From NCBI GenBank assembly GCA_043228905.1, contig JBHGNT010000148.1:982-64981 (forward strand): a stretch of 64,000 bases of DNA, in the 5' to 3' direction. The notes beneath the pieces were generated by a model. The model had not been told where the DNA came from and searched no databases. It was given only the letters and a program-made list of their open reading frames with translations. Origin of the DNA: Azolla caroliniana (taxonomy: Eukaryota; Plantae; Polypodiophyta). Both the position numbers and the translations under genes were made by a program. Each line of letters begins with the position of its first letter. Position 1 is the first letter of the stretch. Positions 11,404-25,864 of the stretch are shown here, in pieces.

Positions 11404-13516
11404 ACAAAAAACCTAGACTTTTCTAAAAGAGACTAAATCTTAATGTATAAATGGTAAATTAAGGGGTTGAACTTTAGGCATTGATTAATCGCCAAATGCA
11501 AATAAATAAGTAAACCATTGCTCAAAGCTCAATTAAACATTTAAATGATTGAATTCTCCCCGGCCAAATCAATTCAGTACAATGTAAACATAAACATTCC
11601 TTTATTAGGTCACGATCGGTAGATCAACAAATGTGTTCGTGAAGAGACATGATCATGTCATGTGCTAATAATAAGTAATCAATTTTATCTTCATATTCCA
11701 TCAAGTATAACAAAGGTAGGGCATCACACATTGCTTTGCAATATGTTTGGCTATTTTCTAAACAATACGTTTCCTTGATGTTCAACACATATCTAAGCCT
11801 AAGTACATTATCCTCGAGGTAGAATTGCATACATTTTTATATATTTTATGGATTTCACTCACAATTGGCTTCAAACTTTGTCACAAGCTTAGTAATAACA
11901 TAGATTTGAAAAACTCTTATATTTAATTAAGGACAAAACAAGTAAAGCAAAAAAAGCATAAGTTAAAGTTTGTCATTTCATCTAAATGTTTTGCCTCTTC
12001 ATGAAGCAACGTCGATAAATTTTGAAATTTCCATTATTACAATCATTTCTAAATTGGCTTGATATCAATTCGAGACACAAAGGATGTGCCGATTTATTTT
12101 TTGGGCAATATCATGTTTTTCCCCAAATAGATGTGTGGTAGCACTATGCCCCTTATTTGGTTCATACCATGTGTGTGTGGTGCCTCACATGTGGCTACAT
12201 GCAAAATTCCACATATTTAAGAAGCATTGTTGTGTCACTGTGTCACTATTGTTTTCTTTCTTCTTTTGAAAGGCTAGATAGAAAGGTATAGATTGTTACA
12301 TGTTTGGAATAATCAACATAGTGATATAAATTACAATAAAGTTTATCTATAGATCAGTAGTATCGCATCAAAATTGATATCGAAATCACAAAGGATCGCC
12401 ACAAGTACATTTACAATCTTCTCGATCAATCCTTCATATCAAGGATAAGGAAATGCGTGTGTTGAAAGGAGTCCAAGCCCAAAGTTCCAAAAGATATCCG
12501 CATCATTTGTTCAAAGGTGTAAGAAACGATGTAAGAGAAATTTATCTCCATATTATCATTGTCATACAAATGTTATAAATTTCTAGGCCTCAAATGATTG
12601 ACGATCTTGATTCATGCCTTAAACCTTTCTTATTGTAATAGTTACCTAAAATAACCAAATTGTGAATAAGTGTGCTAGCCAAGTGGCAAATTTGCATTAA
12701 GGTTAGGTGGCAGCATGCATGGATAGAACTAAGACTATAATATATGCACAAGTATGAGGATCATGAAACCAACTCAACACTTGTGTTCGGTTAATGTGTT
12801 CAAAATTGCTACTATACTCTTTGTTCTTCGTGTGTGTATATTTGTGGATATGCATTCCCTTTTCTAACTTTGTAATGCTTTTGGCTTTGGCCTTGACAAG
12901 TGTTATCTACACACTCAATGAGCTCTTTATTCACAAGAATATATCATAATGGTTAGATAGTCAATACCCTATGGGTGAGATATTCTTTACTACAATGCCA
13001 TATTCTCCTACTATCAAACATATGTTTACACAAGATTCATGCATACGTTGCAAAAGGCATTGAGGAAGAATGAAGAGGTTGACAAATGTATCAATCCTAA
13101 AAAGCATCCACATTAGAAGCAATTTATTCCAATAAAAATTTCAAAGCCTTATAATGAGGAACAATTTTATTCGGCCGTGTCAACACAGTTGTTAGTTCTA
13201 TATACCAATTGTGGCATGTCGTTTAGGAGAAGCAAGACATGGTGCAATAAAGATGTTTGAGAGTGGAACCCATGACCCTTAGTGATAACATAGGCAAGCA
13301 ATTTATGATATTACAAAGAAAAGAATGAGAGCCATTCAAAAACAAATATGCTTTTGTGGGCTATTATAACTAAATGTGACCTTAATGTGAAAATGACCCT
13401 TTGGCCTTTTCAATGATACTTTGAGATATCTAGCTCTTTTTAGGAGTCATTACATGCTACAATGAAGTAGAAAGGTTGGTCGTAATCAGCCTATGCACAA
13501 CGTAACTAAATAAAGT

Positions 13517-16500
13517 TTAGTTGATGGAACTGCAATGCCTACGAATTTCCCCTTGGGTTCCTGTTAATATGCCAATCCTACCCATGGCAAGCATGGAATT
13601 GATGAAATTAGTGAAGAAAGAATGCTCATCGGTAGCATATTCTTGTACAATGGGTGTGGTCCTTGCATCGACTTTCAATGATGAATCGGACGTGAACAAA
13701 CCCTTGTTCAAAAGCAGGTTTTGGAAGTATGTGTTATCAAATACACTAGGAGTTGAGGCATCTAAAGGAAGCCTAAAATGTGCATCAATGGGAAGATGAC
13801 ATATCGATCTCAATTTTTGGGCATATGATGTGTTCAACGTTGGGTCAATCCCGTCGGGGCTAGTGAAGCCATAAAATCTCCGGGCAGCCTGAAAGCAATG
13901 ACCTCCTCCTATTGTATGAGCACCTACATAATACAAATGAAGAAAACTTCACACACATCTTAATTCAAAAACACATTTTAGTTTAATTTCTTGTGCTTAT
14001 CCTCAATAGCTTTGGAGATCCATAAATTACATTGTATCATGAAAATGTTTTTACATCATTTTGTACTCGTAGTAAAACTTTCAATCTACCATTGTACCTA
14101 TGGTGGCACTATTGGATTTGAGGATATTGTTGGAACCGTATAAATCAAAACAAAGTTGCCTCATTGTTTTCTAGTTATATTCCAAAGAATCGGTTGGGTA
14201 AATAGAGACAAGAAACAAACAAGGTAAAAAAGTTTATAGAACAATATATGGACAAAAGATTAAAATAGAGTAGACGATATATTACCCATTCACACCTTAG
14301 CACTAGTGAGCCCAAATCCACTTACGGCCCATAAGGACATCAATCCAACATATCACCAATGTCATCGTGGTACTTTACATGGGAAAAAGAAATTGGCATG
14401 GGAAACATTCGCAAAGGGAGTAAAACCCGACAAAAGTTGTGTCCAAATCCTATTGAATTCCTATGCCATTTTCAAATTGATTCTAAAATTGTTCAGTTGG
14501 CAGAAAATTTGAGTAGTTCTTAGCATTTTCAGATAGATATAACTCTTATTGCATGTATGGAAAGGAACAGAAATGAAAGGAAAGACGAACTTCCCAAACA
14601 TGCGATAGCCAATCAATCATTCTACATCATCCATGCAATGCAATGTGTCAGTTTTGAGTAACAAGAACCTAGCCTTTAACTGGAGAAAGAAAAAGAAAAG
14701 GGGGAGGGGGTGTACACTGTACAAGCTCAGGGTAAAAAATAAACAAGAAAAGCGAACAATCGTAAACGTGTGCTTTTTCCTTTCCCTATTCAGTGTTTTG
14801 TTTTCGGGTGTCGAAGGACATGAAGCATGTGAATGTCAAAGTGTCTCCAAACCTTTACAGCTCAATGATAAAAAGAAAAAGAAGAAAAGCTACTCCCTAT
14901 GGATTTATACAAGTGTAGCTATCTAGAGATGTACATATGTACACATAGTGAGTGAGATACCAATAAACAAATGTACACTTTTTTTTATTCATATGTGTGA
15001 TACATAAATATACAAATGACCAGATACCAATGTATACCTGACAAGGTGACCATATCACGGATTGTGAGACCTTTTGATGAGAAAATTTGTATGAGACCCT
15101 GAGCTGTGGATTGGCTTGAAGGCAAGTTCGCAGATGCTTCCGATGATATCGACACTCGCCCGTCTCTCCTACCCAATTCTACTTGCCAATCCGGTCCTCC
15201 ACTCTATATGCACCCACACACACACACACATTTGTTTTTGTCAATGCATGACATTACAAACCTCGACCCGATCGTGGAAACTTACGAAGAACATTACAGA
15301 ATGTCAGATTAGAAACTGTTAAAAACACTAGGGGTATAAATGTGCTTGCCAACATCATGAGAGACAATAACATAACATGGAGTCATCGGAATGAGAAACG
15401 TGGGGTACTAATCAATATGGCTTTCCACATTCACTATTCGATTCCTGATTCTTCGAGGTCTCGCCGTTTCTCGCATTGAACACTTTTATAAGGGGGGGAA
15501 ACGAGGGAAAACTTGGTCTCTTTCCCACATGGGAAACAACAAGCGAGTTTTTCCTATGTCGAAAAATGTTCAGAATGCCTTGCCCCTCACCATACATAGC
15601 TAGCACATAGCTACATATCCAGAGCCTTGTATGAAAAAGCTCATGATGTCAAACATTATACGAAAACACAAGGAGAACATGGGTCCATTAGTCCCACATG
15701 GCAAAAATATGACGGCAAAGTGCTTGTTTTCGTCGCAAGGAAACAATCAGGGATGCCTTTCGCAACCCATGCCTTGCTAGATTATATGAGGGTGCTCATG
15801 TGAAGAATCTAGTAAATGAACATCAGAAACATGAGAGTACTTCTTGGGTTCTTTCATCCCACATTGGAAAAAATGTCGAGAAAACTTGTTGCGTGGCACA
15901 TACCGACTTGTATAGAACATTATATAGATAGACAAACTTCGTTTAACACCCTCGCATGTCAAATAGGAGACGTGAGAGACATGAGGATAGGCATTGCATA
16001 AAAGTATGGGTTCAGTTTAACTGACCTGCATTACGACTTCTTTTGCTGCAAGGGCGAGGATGTCTGCACATGAGACAACCCCCGGGCATGCCTTCTCGAG
16101 TTCAACCTTGATTGTGTCGATAAGCCCAAATTCCCGCAATGTTTGGTTCGGGGGAGCATCCCGCTCAGCTGAGTTGCTTGGTGTCGACTTTACGAGGACT
16201 GATCCATCACATCCCTATCCAAAAAAAAAGAATTTACTATCATATGATTGCCCCACACAAACACACACAATGTCCATCTTTAAAAGAAGCATCATCATCA
16301 TCATACATGCCTAACAATACATCCATCCATGTATGTGAATTCAAATCAAAATACATCCATCCATGTATGTGAATTCAAATAAAAAAACATCCATCCATTT
16401 ATGTGAATTCAAATCAACATACATCCATCATGCATTCAACAAACACATAAGAAACGATGATTCCCCAACACATTCAACCAATGTTATGGCTTTTGGAAGA

Positions 16501-16845
16501 TGTGGCTCCTTGGCAATCATTCCATTCAAACAAATATATAGTTTTTCGATGGATGGATCAATAAATGAGCACAAACGGTATCAAATTTCAATCATATTGG
16601 TGATATAAGTTTGGATATACCCGAACAAAGCAATCGTGGAAGAACATACGAAGGACAGGACCAATAGCCGTGTGGTCTTGTTGGAGCCGAGCGGCAACAG
16701 CATTCGCGACGATGAATTGCAAAGACGGGCACGAGTTGGCATAGAAACTGGTGCTTAGCAATGCATTGGTGCCATGGAAATTAGCTAACAGAAGGCATTG
16801 CATTACTAGCACACCATAAGCTAACACAAACATATTCACCTTCAT
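13517..16845 (-). CDS. Class III secretory plant peroxidase, 4 exons, 328 aa
   Basis: Exons 16621-16845, 16026-16214, 15038-15203, 13517-13923 (GT-AG, classic 3-intron layout). Signal peptide, FYANSCP, distal RMFFHDCFVRGCDGS, VSCADILALAA, LGRRDG, proximal LSGAHTIG, TPSVFDNTYF, GLFTSD, GEIRRHC. No C-terminal vacuolar extension. Confidence 0.97.
16319..16430. repeat. Minisatellite, about 3 copies of a 34-bp unit, in peroxidase intron 1
   Basis: acatccatccatgtatgtgaattcaaat repeated three times plus a partial copy. Confidence 0.85.
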
Positions 16846-19370
16846 AGTCCCCCAACAAGATGTGTATACAGAGTACATAAATCTAGCCCTAACCTAATAA
16901 GCATAAGCTCAAATATAGGGAGATTAAGGGCAAGGAGGGATCTTTCTAAATTAAAATGAGAAACAAAATGTAATAAGAAACAATGAGAAGCTCCAGTAAT
17001 TTGGAGATATCTCTATACACAGGAACAGGGAGTGTGTGTAATGTAAATCACAAGCAATCTATGCAGGCATGTGTGTATGTATGGATGGATGGATGAATGG
17101 ATGTATAATGGGCATATATATATACACATACGTGTGGAATGTATGCTAGAAGTAGAGATAAGAAAGAATCACTAGTGATGATGATGATGAGTGGGAAACA
17201 GAGTGTATGTTGATCTGCTTCTTCTTCTTCTTCTTCTTCTTCTTCTTCTTTCCTTTTGTATTTTCTTCTTGCTTTTAGAGAAAAAGCAAAGAGAGTGAGA
17301 GTTGAGAGTGAGGGTGAGAGAGGCAGGGGAAGGCAAAAGTAAAAATAAAACCAAATTATTAATTAATAATAATTATTATTATTATACATCAGACAAAAAA
17401 ACGCGGTTTCACACCTGGCTGCCCTTTATGTCTCTGCCTTTGTCCACCCCATCATTATTATGTATTCACGCACATCTATACTACACATGTATGTCTATAT
17501 GTATTATGTACATATATGTCCATGGAATGCATGCCCATACCCATGCCCAAATGGTTTTCATCACTTTACCATTGTCATTCACTATTCTTATTCTTATGAG
17601 ATATTCTCATAGCCATGGCTTCTGATATAAGCTAAGTTCACAAATTTCAAAAGAGAGCAGCACATACGTGTGTGCAACCATCTGTGTGTCTGTCTCTCTA
17701 TGTGTGTGTGAGTGTCTTGTGTGCTCATGCCCATAAGTGTAATAGTAATTGAACTACAAGAAAAGAGAGAGGTCTATCAATTGTAACTAATGTGTGAATG
17801 ATCGGATGAGGAGAGAGACAAGGAGGCATTATGCACTTGTTTTACTCCTCCATGTGCAAACTTTTCCTTGTTTGAGTACTTCGTTGTGTATGTGTTTCAT
17901 TCTAAGTTTGACATGTGTGCACAACAATGTGTGAATCGCTCACTAGCTAGCAGATTCGATCTTATTGTATTAATTACTTATATGAATAGCAGGAAACAAC
18001 AATGTAAGCATCTATGAACATTGATATTATTGTGAATAAAAGAATCTCTTGAAAAGAAAGATTCATTATGGGTTGTATTGTGCTTAAAAGCAATAGAAGA
18101 TAACTTTAAATCTCTTTAATGGAATGGCAAGTAGAGCTAGACAACCAAACATGCATTTTTTTAGTTACTACTTAAATACCATGACCGACATTAAGAATTG
18201 GTTAATTGAGGAGTTCGTGGTTACCTCTCGAATCTCATTCATCCCGACAAAAATAATAATAATGGGGACAAGTAAAATGCACCCCGATAAAGAAAATATT
18301 TAAGCAACCATGGGAACACTGCCTCTCTATGTTGTGTGATGGTCAAGAATGAAAATCGCATGTTGATTCTTGAAATCATCACATATTCCTTTGTCTTATG
18401 GCCAAACCAATGTGGCTCTCAATCCTAAGAAGATCACCACATCAAGAAGGGATATGTAACATTCTTTCCCTATACCCTAGCACTTCATATGCAAGACTAA
18501 GAAATAACATCCTTCATAAATAAAACAAACAAGAATCCTTCATTCCTTGAAGACCTTTCTTCAATGAGACACAAAGTGGTAAGGCCCAAATGTAGAAAAG
18601 GAACCCCTTCTAATGTGAGTCTTATAAATGGTGAGCCTTTTCCTAACGAGCCACAATACTCCTTTGTCCTTTAAATAATTCCAAGAAAAGTATTCGACTT
18701 AAAACAAAATGTGCTTTTGCATCATGTGAACAATCTTTGGAAATGATTCATTGGTGATTAGACAAACACAATCTTTTAGAGTTTCTTATTACTATAGTGC
18801 AACCTTTGTGGTTAAGAACATTGTAAACCAAAATACTCAATAATGGTTCAAGATTGTACCTTTTGTTCTTGTATTGCTTGTAATGCAAGTTGATACTATT
18901 TTTTGGAGTATATTTTTATAAGTGCAAATAAGATAAGCTACCCATTGTGTTCTATTTACCATCCACTTCTTTTGCTTTGTTTTGTCTTTTCAAACTGGGA
19001 TTAGGAGGGTGCATTTGTGTTGCTACGTAGACTAGTTTTGATCTTTTGTATTTTTCAGCCATTGTGTTTGTGATTTGCACAATGCTCTAAAGAAACCCCA
19101 CAACACGAGAGTTGGTCATTGTAATCATGAATCTTATGGATTTGCCAATCGCCATTTGCTTAAAGGCTCATGGTTTGTATTTGTCCACAATAAATATCTT
19201 CAAAGTTAGGCCTATTAGGGTCAAAGTTTCACATGAAAAGGAAAACTCCTTCAAATGAAAATTTCCATTTTCAAGGTCAAAGGTCAACGCCATTTGTATC
19301 TTGAGTTTTACTAGAAACTAAGTTGAGAATCAAGTTGAGCTCTCCCCAACAAAAACTAATAACAAACATG

Positions 19371-19594
19371 CTCCAACCAAACCGCGCATCCAACAAGGTT
19401 ACTGCAAGAGATATGGAGTGAAATTGTAGCCACTCTAAAGAGCCAATATGATGGCCTCAAGGGTGGCTCCGATGGAGTTGAAAGACAGCGAATAGCCTTC
19501 ATCCAACAATCACGTCCCTACAGGGATTTGTACATAATCGTCTCATTTGTAAAATTTTATAACTAATGGAAAGAGTTTTTTTTTGGAAAAAAAA
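19371..19594 (+). mobile_element. Very short 3' fragment of the same LINE family as 10435-11403, with an internal deletion of about 50 bp
   Basis: Near-identical to 11122-11403 except for the missing ggtcgtcc...aactat segment; poly(A); flanked by aaacatg (19364-19370 and 19595-19601). Confidence 0.9.
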
Positions 19595-22500
19595 AAACAT
19601 GTTTATATGAGGTGTATCTATTAAAACTAGTGCTTGCATTATCTCGTTTCAACCTTAGTTTGGTTATGCAAATGGAATTCTTCATCAAATATTTCTTTGT
19701 TGTTCATTGCAGACTTTAGGGGCAAAAGATAAACTTAAGTTTGCAAAGAGGATGTTTTTGCATCCATATTATGGAAATATACACAAATATTTATTTATCT
19801 AGGATGGTTGCCTACAATCTCGTGGGCATCATTACACTGTATTCTTATGGCCATTATCTGAAATACTTATTTAGGAATCCATTCTTCACAATTGGCCATA
19901 TTCCAGGCCTCAACTTGGATACACGTGAAAAGAAATTTTGTCTCAAAAGTTCAATATTCCCTATCTACCTAAATTATACATGAACAAAATTCAAGTTTGT
20001 CATCCTCATATTTTGTATACTTGGCAACTTGCCAAGTTATATTTAGTTGTAGTCATAATTGAATAAGACAACACGCTTTCCTCGAGTAAAAGAAACACAA
20101 ACATAGGTGCCTTAAGTAGCGCCATAATTTATCTTTATCTCCATCTAGTTGTTTGGTTTGTGTTATCCTAGTGTTAATATTAAAATTGAAAAGCTAGATA
20201 AGAATTTTTTTACATCTAGACGTTGTCATGCGGAAGTTAATACATACATATAGATGAGATGACATGTATGTATCATTCATTTGCTTCAAGTATGCATGGT
20301 AGTATGTGTTGTCTAACGTGGCATCACACACAAGCTTAGCTCTTATCAGTTGAATCAAATGCATAAAATAGTTGTAAACAAATTTAGTCAGAACTAAATA
20401 TTTTTTTGACTCTACTCTACCGTGGTTATATAAATATACTTCTATTTCTAGAGACATTTGTCCTCCAAAAGTCTTTGTCCACTCTTTTCTATTTGCCATT
20501 GATGATAATTTAACATATAAATAAATTGTTGATTGTGGCCATTCCTGACAAGATTAAAGCATTAGTTGGTTGGAGCGACATCTAATTGATCAAAAGTAAA
20601 CGTATGTTTGTGTTAAAACTCCCATTATAAATAATTGCGAACAATATTTCCTCTTAGAAGAAGGAGAAGCCCTTCTTCCAAGCATATAATAGTTGATGTC
20701 AACATGAATCTCCGCGTGGTAAAAGTACTAGCAATCTTGTGAATGCATTTGTTGCATGGATGTTCTCATGTACAAAGGTCAATTGTGGCATTGCCTTTAT
20801 TATGCATCCATATGTGCATATGCATATGTGTGATACATCTTGGTCCAATATGTGTCCTCTTCCCAGAGATGTATTGTTATGTTCATCATAAGTAAAAAAG
20901 TTGATCATATTCTACACGTACACGTGCTCTTTTGTGTAAAGTAAAACATTAATATACTCATAGTCTAAACACACACCTAGGAATCTTGTGCCCTCTTGGG
21001 ATGGGATTAAGTTAAACACAACTATCGTTGTTTTTAATAGTGTTACAACCTCAACGATGTAAATATAATGGAAGCAACAATGTTATTCATTTAAATTGTT
21101 AATACATGGTAATATTTATTATGTAATTTGCTTTAAAGTTGTGAGTAAATATGCATGATGGGTGTTTGTGACCATTATTGTCAAGAGTCTTATAACCATT
21201 TGTATTATCTTCAGAACATTAGTGATTGTATTTTATGAAAGGAGCATAATGATGCACATCCTAATCAAAATCTTTTATTGGTCAAAAGTAATAAATTGAT
21301 CATGACATATAAATACTTGTACATAAACATATATTGAATTTGCATGTCTCCTCGTTTGAGAAGTACACAATCCTTCCTAGTAGATGGATTTGTAATCTAT
21401 ATTTATCCTAACTCTAAAACTTCAAGTTTCATGTACACATATCAAGACCCTCTCAAAACAAAGAGTAAAAACCAAAACATTGTATTATATAGCTCACGAG
21501 GATGTCACTTGTTGCTTGTTTACCACGCTTCTAGATATCTTAAATCTAGATAACTTTAAGGAAACATTCATGGCTACAATGTAGATACATGTATGCACAT
21601 ATGTATACATATATGTATCTGTCTTGATGTGACATCTAAGACATCTTAGCCTTGGGAACAAAGCGTGTCTTCCACAACTAAATCATATAAAACTTTATGA
21701 CTTTTACTTTCCTTGGGATGGTGGAAAGTGAGTCAAGACAGTTAGTTAGGAACTATTGGTGGGATGATATCGAGACAATCAGAAAACAAGTGTACCTTTC
21801 TTGAAATCATGAATCAAAGGAATGGTCGTCCATGTCATAATCATTGTCGACAAAGCTATAACCCATTGTTTAGTTATTTCATTCATCATATTATGCACAC
21901 TTCATACTACTAGTGGTTTAGGTCAACATGAGATAAAAGTCCACTAAGAATCTAGATTCTACATTACTAATGTGGCTATATTATCACATACACACTTCTA
22001 GTTTGAGATGGGGACCCTACCATGCCTTTGTTGGCTTGTAGTATCTTTGCATTATTCTTGTTTGTAGCAAAGCATTTGATTATTGGTGTATTAACCTCAA
22101 AGTATTAGGTTATGTGCATTGACCTCACATGAGGTCGCCAAACTCAACAATCCAAGCCTCATCTCTTCGGCACATGTGTGTGATGTCTATTTAAGCATAA
22201 AGGCGATTCTAAGAAAATAAATGAGCCACATGTGGGAGATTGTTTGATTTTGACACTCTTTTTAGGTTCCATAATCCATTGTGATATGTTTATGGAACAA
22301 TATCATCGTCACCATCATCTATCTCTATCATCCACTTAGTCACACATGCATGAAAGAGGTCCCATAAGATTTGTTTATAGGAGTAATCCAATTGCTTCCT
22401 TCCATTACAATTGTAATAAAACTAATAAGAGTTTAGATAACTTGTCCAAATAAATGTGCAAGTGCATATGCACAAAAAAAGAAGATTATGAATATATTGT

Positions 22501-23143
22501 TGTTTACTTGGGAAGTTGATGCAAGTTAGTGTGTTTGTTCTATATATAACCTTCCGTTGGAATCACAAAATTAAAACCTTGGAACTCCCAATATTAGCAC
22601 GGTGAATATGGTGGTTTATCATACTATTGCTTCTCTTTCATCTATATTTATGTGCATCATGTCCTTCTTGGGTTGTGCTACTAGGCAACATGGTTATATT
22701 TTGAGGTGATATAAAAAATACAACTAGTATATAAGCTAATGCCATATCATATATGTACCCTTGGACATTTTTCAGAAAATTGTCAAAAAAAACAAACATG
22801 TTACCCTAATATAGACCCAACAAAAGTGATATTTACTTTAGTAATAATTTTAAACATAGAATTTCTCAATTGCTTTCATTGTTATGCCCCGGATTATGGG
22901 GGTCTCAAAACACACGAAAACACGGTTGGGACAGAGAGAATTAGGACAACAAGATGATTTATATATTATATGACGAGATACAAGCATACAAGAGTTCCAA
23001 GTTGGGACAAAACCAAAAACGAGGTTGGGATGAGTCGGGACTCAACCAAGACTCGTTGGGACAACCTCCCAAAAAGATAAGGTTACAAGAAGAGAGAGTA
23101 GAACTTAGAGGTCAAGACAATCAAAATGAGGAGAAGCTCCTTC

Positions 23144-23557
23144 TAACAATCGGCAACGGTTCGGTTCGGTTTGAGAGGGTCTAAACCGAACCGAACCGCA
23201 AAACCGTTAAACAATTTTCAAATAGTAACCATAAAACTGTAAAAACCGTGGTTTCGTGGTTCGGTTTCGGTTTTCAACATAGGTCAAAATTTTAATTTTT
23301 TAAAAATTTTAATTTTTTTAAAGATGTTCCTAAAATGTGAAAATAAGGTCTAAAAATGAAAAGATTGTTTAAAAACAATTTTAATTTAAAAATAAATAAA
23401 TTTAATAATAAAAAACCGTTAAACCGTTTAAACCGCGATTTTTTACTGATGAAACCGAACCGTTTTTTAAAACCCAAACCTGAACCGAATCGATGAAACC
23501 GTTAAACCACGGTTTCACGGTTTGGTTTGGTTCAAACCGAACCGTTGCCGATTGTTA
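23144..23557. mobile_element. hAT-type MITE, copy 1
   Basis: 23-bp perfect TIR taacaatcggcaacggttcggtt; 8-bp TSD gctccttc (23136-23143 and 23558-23565); clustered subterminal AACCG/CGGTT motifs around an AT-rich core; no ORF. Confidence 0.92.
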
Positions 23558-23598
23558 GCTCCTTCTTATATTAAGTTGTTTACTTTATTATACTTATT

Positions 23599-25864
23599 TA
23601 TTTATTTATTTTTCCCAAAAAAAATCTACTTCCATTAGTTAAGAAAAAGTACATGGAATAATATACAACTCATATGTTACAAGCCACTTTGCAATGGCTA
23701 CAACAAAACATCACGTATAAATGAAGCAACTAAGCCTCATCACATAATTACTCGACAGACGCCTATCAACATGAGCCTCACACACCCACATTCAGCAAAG
23801 ACACCCGCCAATCACTTCACAATTTAGCACCTACCTCTATGTTTGGTACCCTATGAGGGAACAACCATCGGGGAGGCTGATATATTCACTTTGCATTGCC
23901 ATCCACCATTTGTAACATTGGGGAACCTCTCCATTTTAGAAGGAAGCGGTACCTAACTTCTTCACTCGCATAAGAGGGCCCTTGAAGGCTATCAAACTTA
24001 CCTCGTAGCGTAGAAATTAGATTACACCAAATCATCATTAAACTCTCAGCCGATGGGGTTCGCTTTCTGGTAAAAGACTACTTACACCTTGATACCCCAT
24101 ACTTGCCAAATAGTAAGGCCAACCACTAAAATCCAAACATCTACGTATCGGTCCTGTATGAAGAATGAATCTTCTTGAGCTGCAGGATGAATTGTACCAT
24201 TCACCACCTTTAAAGAAGGGCTATTTCCATTCCACCCATGAAACCATGCAGCCGAGTCAGTAGCTAACCAAACAACGACTGCACTTGATACCTGAACTTC
24301 AACCCCGCATCGAGCCAGAATTCTTAAGCTCCTCTTCCAAACTTCTTGGGCTCGCGGGCAACTCCATAAACAATGTGCGATGTCCTCCAAACTCGCTCCA
24401 CAGGCCTTGCACTTACTCATGCCACCCCTTTTCCCCAGCCACTCTCTGGTTGGAACAACTTGATGGGTGATTAGCCAAAAAAACACCTTGACCCTCTCGG
24501 GGAGGGAAGAGTTCCATATCATGCTCCTGGTTTTATCTACAAAGACCAAATCAACAACTACGTGGGTCCATTTGTTGGCACACTTCTCACGATGCAAGCA
24601 TAAATGCCTACCCAAGCGAGTTGAGAAGTCAAAGAAACCATGTGATTTACCTTGTTTGTCCCTCCACACATATTCTGCAGGATCCCATTCTAAACACTCA
24701 AGTAGCTTGCCTCCTCAACCTCAGCGACTGATGGATTCACCTTCCATTTCTTACCGTGTCGTGCCACAATTCTAATCAGGGACCAACGAGCACCTGCAAC
24801 TATAGATCCCAACTGGATGATCTTCCCATTCTGTCCTATACCCTTGGCATTGATAACTTTTCCGGCATCATCACATTGTCCAAACCATTCACCCTCGTCC
24901 CCATTACTAATAGGAATAGAGTAAACAACTTTATCGACTAGATCAAGCATCTTCCTACCATTTCTGAACTTTCTCGCATCTTCATATAATTTATCCCGAT
25001 TACTAGGGGACAACTACATCCAATTTGCCATTGACTGAATGCCAATACCATGCAATATAGCTCACGACATACCCTTGTGTTGGCCAAGCATCTTCCCCTC
25101 GGTCGACTTTAAGGTCTCGTTCCACAATAGGGGTTGGTGCATCCATTCAACATTAGTACTTGGACCTATACGCCTAAGATGCCCACGGAGCATATCCCAC
25201 GCCTTCATCACTGACATACATGTGCAATCAACCAATCGATTAGATTTCCTAAGCTTTAAGTTCATACAAAAGAGCCATGATTTATGTGGCTTCCAATGTC
25301 CACCAAGTCGTGGACTCCAAAGGATGCTCCTATTAAAAATCAATGTTTTCCATAACTCATTTCCGGGCAGCAAGCTCCTTACCAATATCTTACATAGCAA
25401 TGATTGACTTTGTACTCCAGGGTCTATCAATCCTAGACCCCCCTTACTTTTGGGAAGAATCAACGTAGACCATGATACTTTAGCTGCCGCGTTGTCTTTC
25501 CTATTCCCAACCCATAGAAAGCCCCTAATACACGCTTTAACAATACAAATAACATGCTTGTCAAACATCCACACTAAGACCGCATGCCACATAGTAGACA
25601 AGAGTACATGGTTAGCTACTATGATCCTGCCAACTAATGATAAATTCATCCCTGACCAGATACGGATTTTGTTGCAAATTTTACTTTGAATTTGTTGCAA
25701 CTGAATTCTTTTGTCAATATCTACACCAATCCACATTCCCAGATATCTAATGCCTTCTCCTTTTGCAATCCATCTAAAATCAGCATTTGGTTTCCATATC
25801 GGCTCAGCCTCCAAGCTAATCCAAAAACCCTTGGACTTATTCCAATTGATGGTGGCTCCCGATG
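23599..25864 (-). mobile_element. 5'-truncated L1-type LINE ORF2 (RT C-terminus, zf-RVT, 3' end)
   Basis: ASGATINWNKS...IRYLG...LSLVGRI...KVSW...PKSKGGLG RT motifs; CKACGASLEDIAHCLWSC finger; (TAAA)n-like tail; perfect 16-bp TSD ctttattatacttatt at 23583-23598 and 25865-25880; internal stops and frameshifts. Confidence 0.93.

Noticed and set aside
15340-16000. Repeat-like, slightly GC-richer sequence in peroxidase intron 2
   Set aside because: Probably TE-derived, but I could not define TIRs, TSD or a family.
17060-17131. Possible small 5'UTR intron and long CT-rich leader upstream of the peroxidase; checked for conserved miRNAs
   Set aside because: Splice sites are plausible but unsupported; no match by eye to miR156, 160, 166, 171, 319, 390 or 408.
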